Shown piece by piece: positions 11,601 through 24,566 of a stretch of 64,000 nt of DNA. Position numbers and translations under genes: made by a program. The notes under the pieces were generated by a model. The model had not been told where the DNA came from, ran no database searches, and worked only from the letters and a program-made list of their open reading frames with translations. Positions within the stretch are counted from its first letter, which is position 1, and each line of letters starts with the position of its first letter. This DNA is from Balanoglossus misakiensis (taxonomy: Eukaryota; Animalia; Hemichordata). The stretch is taken from the NCBI GenBank assembly GCA_040954595.2, contig CM082596.2, forward strand, positions 9,816,461 to 9,880,460. Reading direction: 5' to 3'.

Positions 11601-14600
11601 ACATGTACCTGTATTCTGAAATCGTGTTTCAAGCTAAACATTGTCATTCAATACACATAGCTAAGCACACCTACATTTACCTCATGCTATGTAATACTTA
11701 AAAAACTCACATCAACATAATTCTCTGGCTTCTTGTACAGCTGCGTCTTTCTAACTGCATGCCTCAGGAGGTCAGCTGCTTTCGATTGCCTGATTGGGCG
11801 GAACGATGCTTCGTAATTCGCGCTATTCCGACACCTCGATTTTGGGTCACACCCAGCGTGATTATCCTACAGATCGAAAAGATAACATGTACCGTCTATT
11901 TGATGGAATTTAAGAAGCACAGTCACGGTTTTGTCCTGATGTTGGCATCCACAGATAACTTTAAAAGAATGTGTGATGGCGATGGTTACATTTTCAACTA
12001 TTTTATTTAATCAAAAAAGTTATTTTTGTTTCATTCAAAGGTAATTACCTGATAATGAGCGACAATATTGTCTATTTTTTTTCGGATTAGCGCCGCTGCT
12101 TCGGTTCGTGCCCGGGTTGTGTTGTCATTGTCCAGAAGGTGTTGTTTTGCCCGTGCCATGGCCCAGTAGCAATGTGTCTTTACATTGGCCCCTGTGGAGA
12201 GGTGAACACATAGTTGAATTTGTAATAATTGTTATCACAAACGAAATGGCTTTACGTTTAATATCTCCATTTTCAAAGCTGCATAAGAGAAAAAAAATAG
12301 TCAATGCATAAAACTGAACATGAAACAGAAACTCGTAACCACAGATACCTGACCAAAAGTGAAAACTTAACATTGCGATTGAGAAAACATAAAATGTGTG
12401 TGATTTTACCTTTATCTGCAAGTTCAGGGTGCCAGGTTACGTTCATGTTTCGTTGTGTCCCCGTGGTTACTCGTTTCATCTCTCGGCCTATTGCCTTGGT
12501 AACTGTAAAATAAAAACAAGCATTGATGTTACAGCTCCTCGCCTACGTGTACACGATGAAACAGAATCAATTAATGGTGCCTGGATTGATGCAACTCTGC
12601 CTTGAAAACAAACCTGAATACACATATTCACTTTCAAATTATAAGTTTACAGATGATCAAAAGTCGTCAGCTAAAAATGTATGTGACGTCCTTATGTACA
12701 TGTACTAAATTGGAGTGTTTTTGCTGCTACACCTTCCTCTGTCAAGTAAGAATGAAGCCTTACCATGCCATGTGTCGTTGCTGCTGATGGTATCTGGCCT
12801 TTCCTCTCGCAGGAATTTGTTTACAGACGCGTTGTTGTCGTGGCCATGAACTAAAATTGGAACCCCTGTAAATGTAATCATTTGCAATAGCCGGTTGTCA
12901 GTGTGACATATTTTCTTGCATAGAATTATAATTATCGTTTTATATGTGGTCCATGTACATGCCTCAAGTTTTGTAAAAACATTTAGCAAGGATTTTACTG
13001 ATACTGATGGGAAAGCACCGTGTTAATACTATGTTTTACCTTTTTCATCAGCCCAGTTATAAAATCGCCTGATCCCAACCATCTCGTGTCTTTGGGAACA
13101 CGGGTCATCGTGCTTCCTGACCAACTTCTTATGGATGCACTTATGGGTTCTAAAACAAAGAAAAATAGTTACAAATAAAGTTATTCGAATTTAATCCAAA
13201 ATTGCCATATATTACAATAACAGTATACGTCAAAGCATGTGGCATGTCAGTTCGGAGAAGTGTGTTGATGCCAAACACAATACTCACTGTCGACAGAAAT
13301 AGCGATGCGATTGAGTGCGTGTAAGGGTAACACATTACCATACATATAACCATCATTGCCATAGAGATGAAAAATGTTATTTCTAACGAAAAGTTGTTAC
13401 ATACATGTCACCAAGTACAACTATGTCAGAGTTTTGTGCATTCTTTCATGTACCGTGTCATGCATCGCTCATATTTTCAATCCCCAGCTTAATGGTGCGG
13501 TCTTCCGATGCGATTTCCTGAAATTGGATTCAAAAACAAAATGTATTAGGCCTATATGAACACACGGATAAAATGTGGCATGATAAAAATATCAAATAAC
13601 ATTTATTTAGTTGTTTTTGGGTGGTGAAATGTCATACCTCGTTTAATGCATCATCCCTGGATTTGACCGCTTCATTGTGGACAGTTTGTCGGTACTTCTC
13701 AAAAACTGAATAAAAAAAAAAGACAGACGAGAAATGGGCCGCCGCAAGGGAAAAGGGCCCTTATGCATGGATTTTTCGATTTTTATTTTTTGTCGTTTTT
13801 TGATAGTACCTGTGCTCCTCTTTTCATATGTGTGCCGCTCACTATGAACTTACACCTGGAAATGGCATTTGTGGCCCATTGAATGTGACATATGACCTTT
13901 GACCTCAGCCCACAAATAAAATTCACTGTTTTTGTTTCACAATAAAGAGGTTTAAAAACCAAACATCTTTTCCCAACTACATGGAAGATCTGTATCCATT
14001 TATACCGTAGGTACTGACTAAATCAACTTTTTAGGGGGAGAGGGGGTGTCTGTCATTCCATTATATCATAGGGGTGGAAAGCACACAAGATGATGCTAGT
14101 TCTATTTAAAAATACATTTTATTAGACACCACAAGTGCCAAAACTCTACACATCACATCCTCCGAAAATATGAATATTTACATGACATTATTGACATAAC
14201 TGTTGCCATGGCTACCAGCAGTCTCCATCTAAACTGTTGCCATGGCTACCTGTAGTGTCAGAACTCCAACCATTACATCACTGATATTGCTACATACAAT
14301 TCTAACTATCATTTTTTTCAGATAACATTTAAATATTTACAAGTTTGCATTTATTTTCAGTACTACATACATGCAAGAGTATTCAGTGGGTTTTTGGATT
14401 TACTCTTCAGGGCAAAATGCATGTCTAAATGGCTGTCTGACAAATGGAACAATTTCCTTCTGTAACTCTCTCCATCTGGCTAAACTCATTCCTCCAGCAG
14501 GCAATACAGAGGGTTTTATATGTGGTGATGGAGGCCAAGTAGCATTTCTTTTGAGCAGATCTATACGGATTTCATCATCTGTGACTAATTTTCTAACATA

Positions 14601-15800
14601 TACAGCACCAGGATCATTCTTGGTGAATCTAAAATGATGATAAACACGAATTCCCTTCAATGGTTTGAGAAATGAAGAAAAAAATGAATCCCACTCAAAC
14701 CATTGAAAGTTGGGATCAGAATTCCGACTGCCATAACATTTCACATTGTTTATTCGTGAACTTTTTGACACAATGTCTGCCAGCTGCTGAACTGTGTCAA
14801 CATCACTTCTACGATACACTTGCCGAATCTTACCGAAACAAGCATCACAAATGCACTTTGTATGACCTGGTTCCAAGAAATGATAATTAATTTCGTCATG
14901 TTAACCAGTACTGGTACGGTAACAAAAATAATGAATGACAGTTTTGTTTTTATTCTGACCTCCACAGTTGTCAGCATGGCAATGACAACTCTTTTCACCC
15001 AATCCATGCTCCTCAAAATAATTGTGAAGCATGCTAACTACATTATTGGCACCATGGCACTTTCTGTTATCAATGCCAATGGTCTCAGACTCATCAAACA
15101 GATAATTCATTTGAGATTGTTGACTATCATTACATATACCAAAGCAATTTACACGTAGTGGATTCAGAAAATACAGTGGACTAACTTGACGAGACTGATG
15201 GGGCAGCAGAAAACTCTGTGCAAAATCAAATGTATAATGAACATTATGTAAATCATAAGAGCAAGGACTACATGGGGGCTGAACTTCAATGTCTCTGAGT
15301 TCATCCTGTGCCTTTCTAATGCACAAGTTCAGAAATTCTCTTTCATTTTGTGATTTCAAAATGTGTCCTGAGAATGCAATACTAGAGTTCAGTTTGTCTT
15401 CTTCTGTTGAGGCAAACTGAATTTCATTCCGGAAGTGTTCACATTTGGCACACACATCTGTACGAGGTTCCATTCGCTGAATGTGTGGTACACACAATTT
15501 CCAGATATTTCGGAAAGTTGTCTCCCCCACAGGCTGCTTGGTTGGCTGACAAACATTACAGGCCTCCACATACTTCTTATACATATCAGCCTTGGTGTCA
15601 CAGGATGGAAGATAAATTGGAGGCCTTCCATCTCTACCACAAGGAGCAGCTGGCATAGGCAGACCATTGTCATCTGCATATCTGACCAGGAACTGAACAG
15701 CATCTTGCACTGTCTGTTTGGAAAAAAGAATAGTTAAGTCACTCAAAATAAATTAGTGAACACTGAGAACACATATACAGGTTAGATAGCAAACCACCTA

Positions 15801-16045
15801 AAGGGACAAAGTCTCTCTCTCACTGCCCTTTTTTCCATTAATTATGTTTGATACAAGACACCATTTGTTATTCTACGTGTGGATATAGGGAATCAATGTT
15901 GACCAAACACAACTTCCATCCCACTTGAAGATGCGAGAGTGAAAAACTGGCCGAAATGAATAATCGGTCTCTACCATTTATTCATTTTGACAAGATTTTT
16001 ATTCTCATCCTGCAAAGTGGATGTTGTGTGTGGTCGAGCACTGAT
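15801..16045 (+). repeat. Partial AGGGACAAA MITE in a Sola intron
   Basis: aagggacaaagtctctctctcactgccc...aatcggtctctaccatttattcatttt, matching the 30.6 kb copy. Confidence 0.7.
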
Positions 16046-16199
16046 TCAATGTCGGAGGGTCCATGTGAAAGTCTCAGTGTCAATTGGGCATGCTCCAAAC
16101 TGTGGGTGAAAAATACTACTTCAAGATGGCCAGCATATGAAGCAGCTGTCAGGAGGAGGAGACAAGATATTGAGGGGCCCAGATACAGTATTACTGTAT

Positions 16200-16516
16200 A
16201 CACATGATGACTGACTGTGACAATGAGGGCAACAGTGTATTTTTGATGACCTTGGGACTGAGGGCATAGGGAAAACAAGACTGTTTTAGTTGTGACTAGC
16301 AGTCCCGAGGTCATCAAAAATACACCGTTGCCCGAATATGTCAGTCATCATGTGTTTTATAACACACCAAACATGACACACACCACATCCAGGCAACAGT
16401 ACCAGGCAGAAACCGATCGAAATCATGCCCTAGGGAACAGTTCGAAATGACTAAGGTCACGTGACGGCGTATTGACGAATCACGATCGAGTGTTCGCTGC
16501 ATGGTGTGTTATAATA
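16200..16516. repeat. Hairpin + bracketed-module non-autonomous repeat
   Basis: Long inverted repeat acacatgatgactgac...gtcagtcatcatgtgt, followed by ttataacacacc...ggtgtgttataa. Confidence 0.65.
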
Positions 16517-19500
16517 AATCCTGACGCCTTTGTTACGACTCAAGGCAACAATAAACCGAACCCTGTCTAATCTGGAAACCTGTCTGTACTGAGCACCTAT
16601 TCCTGTCCCTTTGACATAAAAGCACATGTTTGCGTGATAATAATAAACCATAAATATGAAATTTATTACCAAGTATAAGTACACTCTTATACACATTTAC
16701 ATGGTATAAGAATATACTTCTTAAAGATATTTGTTATGGCATGCAGAAATGTAATACTTACTTCAAATGAATAGGCATTGGCTGGTCGTTTTCCTCGACG
16801 ACCATGATCTCTGGGTACCACACCATGGATTTTGTAGTGGGCCTTTAAATTCTTGAACCTTTTCTCCCCTATAATTAGAGTTATAGGATGATAATACTAA
16901 CTAATACTATCCCAAGATTATGTCAAAACAATGACTTCTCTGTAGTTTAAATCTTCTCAAAATCGTTTGATACACATTTAAAAAGAAATTACTGTAAAGT
17001 TGTGTCTTCTCTTAAAAAATCAACATCAAGATTGTGGGGGCCAGGACACTTAGAAAACTCTTTGAGAAAAATCCCCAAGTAAACAAAGGTCATGTGAGGG
17101 AGGAAAAAGATGACATCATCATCCTTTATTGACTGTCACTGCTGCACTACGTTAAACTACGTGATGTGGGGAATCTATTAAAAATCAACAATCGGATGCA
17201 ATAATTCACCTAACAATCCACATTTCGAGTACTCATGCTCGCACAGGGTGTGATGAGGATATCACGACGTGTAAATAAATCATTGGTGCCAACGTAAAAA
17301 TACCCTGCCACTCACCCAAGTTGTGAATGTAACGCCAAACTTTTTCACACACGCGTTGACCATCAAAGACGTAATCAAAGGACTGTCGCGCACGTTTACC
17401 ACCACGGACAGGTTCTCCATGAACCTCACACTGTTCTAACTTTGCAAGGATGAGAACATCAAGATGGTCTTTCTGGAATTCTGACATGTTCAAACGGTAT
17501 TCCCACACCCTGTCCACAGCATAGTTCGAGTAGCACTGGTGTTTACAAACACACCCAGTCCGCATTACGGCCTCCACCGATGGCTTATCCAAGGCGTCAC
17601 AGTCATTTCCTTCTTCGCGATCTTCTTGACCCATCTCTGGGTGTAACTGAGAGTACAGTCTCGCCAATTCGACTGGCTCTGCTTCAGGTACTGGCTCGTC
17701 TTCATCGCTATCGTCGTCGTCTCCCTGGTGGCAGTGATCGCGTACACTATCGGCTGAAACAGAACACTGGGAATTCTCCCTAGATTGCGGCGGACTAAAT
17801 GTTTCGACCAACTCGTCGTGGCGTTCTTCGAGCAAAGTCCGCAGCTCGGCATTTAATTGCGGGTCGAGAGGTACCGAGAATGCCATGATTTTACGCAACG
17901 GGAAACATCAGTAGCACAGCGATTTCTGACTCTGACCTCCTTAGCGCTGAGGTCACGTGTATATGAACTGAGCAAAATGGCGGGAATAAAATTAGATACA
18001 ATGTAAACGCTCTACGTGAGAAGTGTTTTTTGAGCTATAGACAGCCAGAACGCAACGCCTTCATTAACATATGCAAATGCGGAATCTGATTCGAAAAACG
18101 AGACCGTTGCACTGAGCCCCGAAAAGGGTGTCTGAATTGGGTCATTTTTTTCCCCAACTTTGGTCATCAACCGCTACTAATGGCGATCGTTCTGAGTATT
18201 TTTGTTGGATTTATTTGATAGTACGTATATCGAACTATATCTCAAGGAGTATTTTTGATGATTAATGCAGTAGTTTCAGAGAAATAACGAAAAGTACAGA
18301 GTAATGAAAATTCACGTTTTGGAAACATGCCTCGCTAAATTCTTGAACGGACTGTTACACCAACTTGTTGTATAAATCCAATGACATATTTATAAAATAT
18401 AGGCATTGGTCCTTCTTACTGTGAAGTTTGTATACTTTCCGGGGCATATTAACGAAGTTATAACGGTTTTAATTTGTTTACTTTTTGCTGTGACGAGATC
18501 ATTTTCAGTGGGAAATGGCGGGAGTTTACAGCGTAACCCATTGTCGAGCGTTCAGTGCAGAATGTGTGTATATTGTTTACGTCCCACATGTACATGTAGT
18601 GTTGATAAATGCACATGTTGGAAATGAGTTCATTGTATACCTTTTATTCTTGAAAATTATCGATGATCATCGAGATCTGCCTAAACTACGTTAGCACTGG
18701 CGGCTGCGTGTATGAATTGCAGGGTTGTGTGCTTACGGCGCGGCGTAACCCTGCGATGCCTCCACACCACAGCTTTTGGAAGAATAAAATACAGATTTCG
18801 TCGAATGTGGTGTTTCACAAAAAGAAAAACATTATTGAGCGACAACACAAACGTTTGTAAAAAATCAGTCCGGTTCTTTCAACTCCACAATCGCGTTAAA
18901 CAGAGACTGCAAACAGCGACTAGGATAATTGCGTATTTACTAGTGTTTACATCAGCGGCCGGGAAACCTCGGGTCACGTAGGTCATGTGTCGACTTCCGG
19001 GTAAAATCACCCGTTTTTTAGCGAAAATTCTTGAACTGACCGTTACACTTGTATCTTTACCAAATTTTTTTACACGGTCATTTAAAGTGTAGAAAAACCC
19101 ACATAACCCTGAAATATGTAAACTTTCCGGGGCATATTATGGATACTGGAAGCGAAAAACTGGACCATATTTTCGACCGCTAGAGTAACCTTCGGAAAAT
19201 CGCCATAATATCAATATTTCAGTAAATAATTCTAAAATCCATTTGGATGGCACGAAAGAAGACATGTCAGGAGAGGTTTTCGCTTTTACATGATTTAAAA
19301 TAATGCACTCTAGCGAAAGTTACGGCAAGTTGAAAATGCCTCAAAAAACGGTCTGTGAGCGGCCATTCAAAATGTAACGGTCCTGATCTGGATAGGCGAT
19401 AATATGCTAATGAGGGTGTTGCGTTCTGGCTGTAGAAATCGAATTCAGTGAAGAAATGACATAAATGTTCTGTGTTTCGTGATATACTTTGAATATCTTT

Positions 19501-22500
19501 TGTCATTTTCTCGAAAAAAGTTGGGCAATATACTGAACAAATCCATTTTCCTCCAGCGTGCAGGCGAATATTTGCATGTGAAAAGCACACATAGAACGTC
19601 ACCTATTCAAATGCAAATTACTAAAAATGACGTACACTTGCATAAGGGCCCTTTTCCCTTGCGGCGACCCAAATATTAGTGATGATTTGCCTACTTTATA
19701 TGCCAGCACAGTCATGGGGTGACTGTGATGATGGTCGACAGTTAATACATTTGGAAAAAAAATTGTCTTGACATGTCTTTATATGCTGCAGTCATGTCTG
19801 TAACTCCATGGTCATACAATATATTGAAACAGTCTGAGAATCAATGTAAGTTGACCACACTAAAAGTAGGACTGATCACAAATAAATATAAAACTAGATA
19901 GTTTCAGCTATAAGAAAGTGTAAGCTTACATTTCGTTCTATACTTGTCCTTCAACGACCCCATATTTGCACTGCTGGTTACAGTGTCATAAGTCCGCGTC
20001 CGTACGCCAGCTGACAACAACCCGTGTAACAATCTGTTGGATAATGTTCATAGCATTTCAAAGTTACGACGCGAGAGCATAATACATTGACGTATTCTTG
20101 GTAAATAAAAGATGACAAAACAATATAAGTCCGTATCATACAATGTCACTGTATTTACACTTACCTGTAGTTGACGAGTAGTCTCCCGTTCGGTAAATAC
20201 GGCGAAGAATTCCAATTGAATCCGTGATCTTCCTCGCACTTGAAACTGACCCTCCCCGCGTGGCCCATCATAGTCGTGCGCTTTGAGGCAAGAGTTCCTC
20301 GACATGCTCCGGAGTGTGATTCGACAGTTTTTACGAGGTTCTGGACAGAGAGGGTCGTTGTCAAATACATCTGGTCCGTTCTATTGGACACCTCTGGTAC
20401 ACTGGTTCGTGGAAAGCACCTTCTTCTGGTTCGTCACGCATACCACCATTGCCGTTCGTTTCGTGACTCGTCAGGAAGAAATCAAGTACCGTTGATAACA
20501 CGTCAAAATTTGTTGCCCTACCCTCCTTCATCAGAGTTCGAAGCTTTGAAATTTTACGTTGAATTGCTGTCTTATCTTCAGTAGTTGGGGCAACAAAATC
20601 AACATTTCCGCGGACAGTGTTATCCCGCACCCGACGTATGTGACGATCCCTGATTGCTTCCCTAGTCATGAAAGGACAAATCTCTGAACCCGGCATGTTT
20701 AAAAAAAACTCGAAAAATTAAAAAAAATGTTGACTGAAAATCTAAAAATATATCAAATTGTAAATAAAGAAAAACTGCAAATGTTTAGTTTTTTTAATTT
20801 TTTATTGGTATTTTAAAAATGTTTTCCTGTTTTTTTGGTTACTTTTTCATGAATATGCGAATTAGATATTACATATTCATGAGCACACACGCATTGCCGA
20901 GCTTAGGTGGTTTCCAAGGCTTCAGCCTCGTGGTTGCGTGGTTTCATGTGTGCATGGAGGTACTAGAGAGAAGGAGCGAGGACGGATTTTAAGCGGATTA
21001 ACTCCCTTTCTTCTGAAGTGTGATAAGCTTCTTAAGTCTTTGTGTTTTTGTGTTGAAAGCGTCCTTTGAACCCACTGTGCGTTACCGCCGATTTTACAGT
21101 TAGGTTTGCAAGATCTACGGGGTAATATTTCTATGATATTAAAAACACAATGCGCACATCGCGGACGAGCGTACTACATATGCGTGGTGACTTTTATTTA
21201 CATCTAGGGGTGAAGTTTACGCATCACCACTACCGGAAACGTGTCAGGCGGACGTCTTGGAAGACTTGTGGCGTTATTTTTCTTCTTTGTACAACCAAAA
21301 AGCATGATTTTGAAATGTATATTATGAGTTTTTCGCAAACTTCCGCAAAAAACAATAAGTTCTTAGGTTTTCTTTGAAAACCAATCTTCCCGATGCAAGT
21401 ATTTTTGTTCGCGTGGGATGGTGTGGGATGCCCGATAGTCACCATTGTAATTGCTAGTGCAGAGACTTTCGGCACAGCAGTTTGGTCTGGTTGAATATGC
21501 TAAATGTAAATCATGGAGACACGCCGCCAGCTATAATTTGTTTATCTACGCAAGCGCACAGCCTTTATGAACGCCTATCAGGTGATAAAAGGATGAGATC
21601 CTAATGATATCTGCAAACAGATTAAGACGCACATGGGGTTTATAGGAAACAATAGCGTCCTCGCTCCTTCTATCTAGTACCTCCATAGTCTTGTTCTCAC
21701 TAAAAGTTTTGACACCGGTGTAATGCCAGTGTTTACTCTCTGCAAACACAGGGGATTAGTCCACAGAATCTCCGTGCGTCCACACACTAAACGTTTGGCC
21801 ACTGTTTTGAAATAAACATCGTCTAAATGGCCATGTTTAGCAACACGGCAACTAACAAAATTGAGGACGTCGAGGACATTACAGCAACATGTTGCAGTTT
21901 CTATACCTGCATATGCGTTCTAGACGACTTTGTGACAGTTTTGATAATGTTTAGAAGTAAATGAATGTTAATCCATAAATGGAAAATGCCTCAGCTTTTC
22001 GGTGATCGAGAGAACCTTCCGAAAGTTGGTAGCAGACAGAAGTGTTGCAGACCATGCAAACTGCGAATGGTTTGAAAACCACTCACGTCCAGTGTGATTG
22101 ACTTAACAATGGAAACTGACCAAAGACAATGGGCTATACCTAATAAACATACCCAAAAGTCACTGCAGGGTGGCGCTTTTGAACGGTGTTTGTTTATCTT
22201 TGCGTTCTCACTGACTATTTGCGTCGGAGCGCTGGCCCAGCACTGGCCCTGACCCGCCACCCATCGCCGTCGCAAATCAACACCGGCCCAACACCGGTGT
22301 AAAGCGTTCTCACTTGTTTTTTTCCGTCGGTGTCAAATCTACACCGCTGTAGCACCGGTGTAAACGTGCCAGTGAGAACGCCCTATATGATGTGTGGGCG
22401 GGCGTGGACCGAAACGGCGAGGTTTTGACGAAAATTCGGCAAAAAAATGTCAAAAATCTCCCCGTTTCGGTCCTTAAATGTGCCCAAAGCTCATAACACA

Positions 22501-22797
22501 TTCAGAAAACGACGTTTGCGAGCGAATGGACAGAAGTAAAATAGTCTATGGTATTGTATCGCGACAGACATGTGCATCGTGTGGGCGGTACGCGGTACAT
22601 CCGATTCATGTTGTTTTAGTCGATGCCTTCATTTCCTGCCAACGTAATCGTCGGTGTAAGACTGCTTTTTACGGTAAACTGTACAATGAAGGTAAGTTCT
22701 TATCAGCTATTTTCGGATTGCATGTGATGCGAGTTTCGTTCGGTACGTGCGATCGATAGTATGGCATGCAGAGGACGGCCTAAGTATAATCTCATTC

Positions 22798-22934
22798 TGG
22801 GTCATAGCAGTGGTGTTTTCTGGCAATTTTTGTCTGACATTTTGCGGGCAATTTTCTGATCGACACGGAAAAAGAGCCCGTAAAAAGGAAAAGTACAATT
22901 AGCCAGAAAACACCACAGCTGCAGCTATGGACCC
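22798..22934. repeat. Small inverted-repeat element (MITE-like)
   Basis: gggtcatagcagtggtgttttctggc ... gccagaaaacaccacagctgcagctatggaccc. Confidence 0.55.
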
Positions 22935-24125
22935 ACGCCACGCACAGTCTGACTTGGGCGGGAAAAACTTGTTTGTAGCATTTTCCTGTGCAACTAGGCC
23001 ATATGTTAATTACTTGTTTGTTAAGTCTTGTAACACTCCTTTGTCTCAATTTATTGTGTAGCACACTGTTTCCAGTCTCCTTGTATTAACAAAGTGCAGG
23101 TGCAGGTGGTGTTTACAATGTGAGATTTGAACACTGCCAGGTTGGGGGTTGAAACCAAAGGGTCCCATTATTTTGGGAGAAGTGGTTCAACAACATTGTC
23201 AAGAAATGTGCATTTTTATGAGTGACAAATATAGATGATTGCCTTTCCATCAAAATTCAAAACTACAAAGTTATTGTTTATTAACATCCAGCAGAAAATT
23301 GAAAGTCTCAGCCACAGCTACAAGATTGGTTGTGGCCACAGCCTGAACACAGACATACAAATGCCCTGCATTTGGTACTAAATTTTGGTAGCAAATGACA
23401 AGGAAAGAACATCTGATTTGGAAGTAAATTATACAATATATTTACTCTGCATCAGAAGTCACAAAAATCTCCTTAGAAAAATATGCCATATTTCTGAATG
23501 TACGTGTAGTGTACAAAATATGTCCACACTGAGTAATCAAATTGCATGCACATACAGCTGGAAATACTTCACCTCTCAGTTATAATCAATATTCCAGCGT
23601 TTCAAAAAATGTGTTGCCATTTTTGTTTGTTTGTACAATTTCAATATACGTTTATTTCTCTTGTAATCTTCCAAATTTGGTGCACAACCCCAATGATTTA
23701 TGCAATATTCGTGTTCCCACTCTTTGATTGACAGCTTGGCTATGCTGTATGATTTCATCAGCTTTGTTCCTACTTTCACCTTAGCTTCTATATATTCATT
23801 TATTAACTTCTTATCATTGGGAAGGGCCTTCAAAGAATTTCGTGATTTATCAAATTATTCGACTTCTTTTGTCTCTCCAAGGACAAATATCAGACTGTCC
23901 ATCGTGGTTGAAGAAGTATCACTAACTTTACTCTGAGATTGATGACTCTTCATGTGTGGCTGTTATCTTTGCTGTTGATTTGGCAACTTCTTTGATACTT
24001 GACTTGCCTGAATGCAAACAAGAAAACAACATTAAGGTTTAACAGCAATAATAATGAGTTTTTCTTAAAGTGATTTCCTTTTGGGCCACTTAAACTGACC
24101 TGGGGTTCCACAAGGTCAACATGAA

Positions 24126-24566
24126 ATATTGAACACCTATTGCCTGGCCATGAGGGCCATAGCGGCCGTTTATTACACCCGAGGGGCTGTGACTTACCAG
24201 AATCATATGCGGCCGAGGGAAATAGCATATAATTCTGGTAACTCACAGTCACGAGGGGGTAAAAACGGCTGCTATGGCCCGAATATAGGCCAGGCTATAG
24301 GTGTTTTATAATAAACCTCATGCTAACAGCTGGGAAAATCTTGCAATTTTTTCTTGAGGCTGGCAGACGACATCTTCAGTGGTGGCCATTGTGTCAGACG
24401 ACGCGACGCTGATTGACGTGACCGAGTCTGCGCACTCACGCGGGTCACGTGACCGGTTTATATTTTTTCTGCTATTTCCCTAGCGGTTCATAGTCGATTC
24501 TATTTTCCTATCACGTGACGGATTCTGGCGAATCACGGCACAGTATTAGCATGAGGTATATTATAA
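24126..24566. repeat. Hairpin + bracketed-module non-autonomous repeat (intronic)
   Basis: aacacctattgcctggcc...ggccaggctataggtgtt hairpin, then ataataaacctcatgctaa...ttagcatgaggtatattat. Confidence 0.65.

Larger units (their letters stand above)
14400..17886 (-). pseudogene. Sola DDD transposase, three exons, one in-frame stop
   Basis: Exons ~17886-17317, ~16868-16762 (KRFKNLKAHY..VPRDHGRRGK) and ~15715-14400. Catalytic FDFAQ, HADNCGGQNKN and GHTKCICD motifs. A single TAA at 14901 separates two in-frame ORFs. Confidence 0.88.
13736..19670 (-). mobile_element. Full-length Sola2-type DNA transposon
   Basis: 32-bp TIRs GGGCCGCCGCAAGGGAAAAGGGCCCTTATGCA / TGCATAAGGGCCCTTTTCCCTTGCGGCGACCC (1 mismatch). 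4-bp TSD AAAT at 13732-13735 and 19671-19674. Internal Sola transposase. Confidence 0.9.
11067..20696 (-). pseudogene. Multi-exon Kolobok-type DDE transposase pseudogene interrupted by the Sola2 element
   Basis: Hand-spliced GT-AG exons read: KCEEDHGFNWNSSPYL..LVNYR (20.2 kb), RLLHGLLSAG (20.0), FEKYRQTV (13.66), SDA*HGT*KNAQNSDIV (13405-13517), DDPCSQRHE (13.1), HGHDNNASVNK..NDTWH (12.8), WHPELADK (12.42), IDNIVAHYQ (12.07), DNHAGC..SRC (11.85), KDTHYVESFNN (11.41), RVLTEKTSRWR (11.12). Confidence 0.72.

Noticed and set aside
21090-22275. Possible second (KolX-like) gene beside the Kolobok-type transposase
   Set aside because: Only short stop-riddled frames and no motif I could recognise.
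22943-22969. RSS-like CACAGTC-N11-GGAAAAACT downstream of the RAG1-like gene
   Set aside because: No inverted partner with a matching 5-bp TSD was found on the other side, and such a degenerate match is likely by chance.
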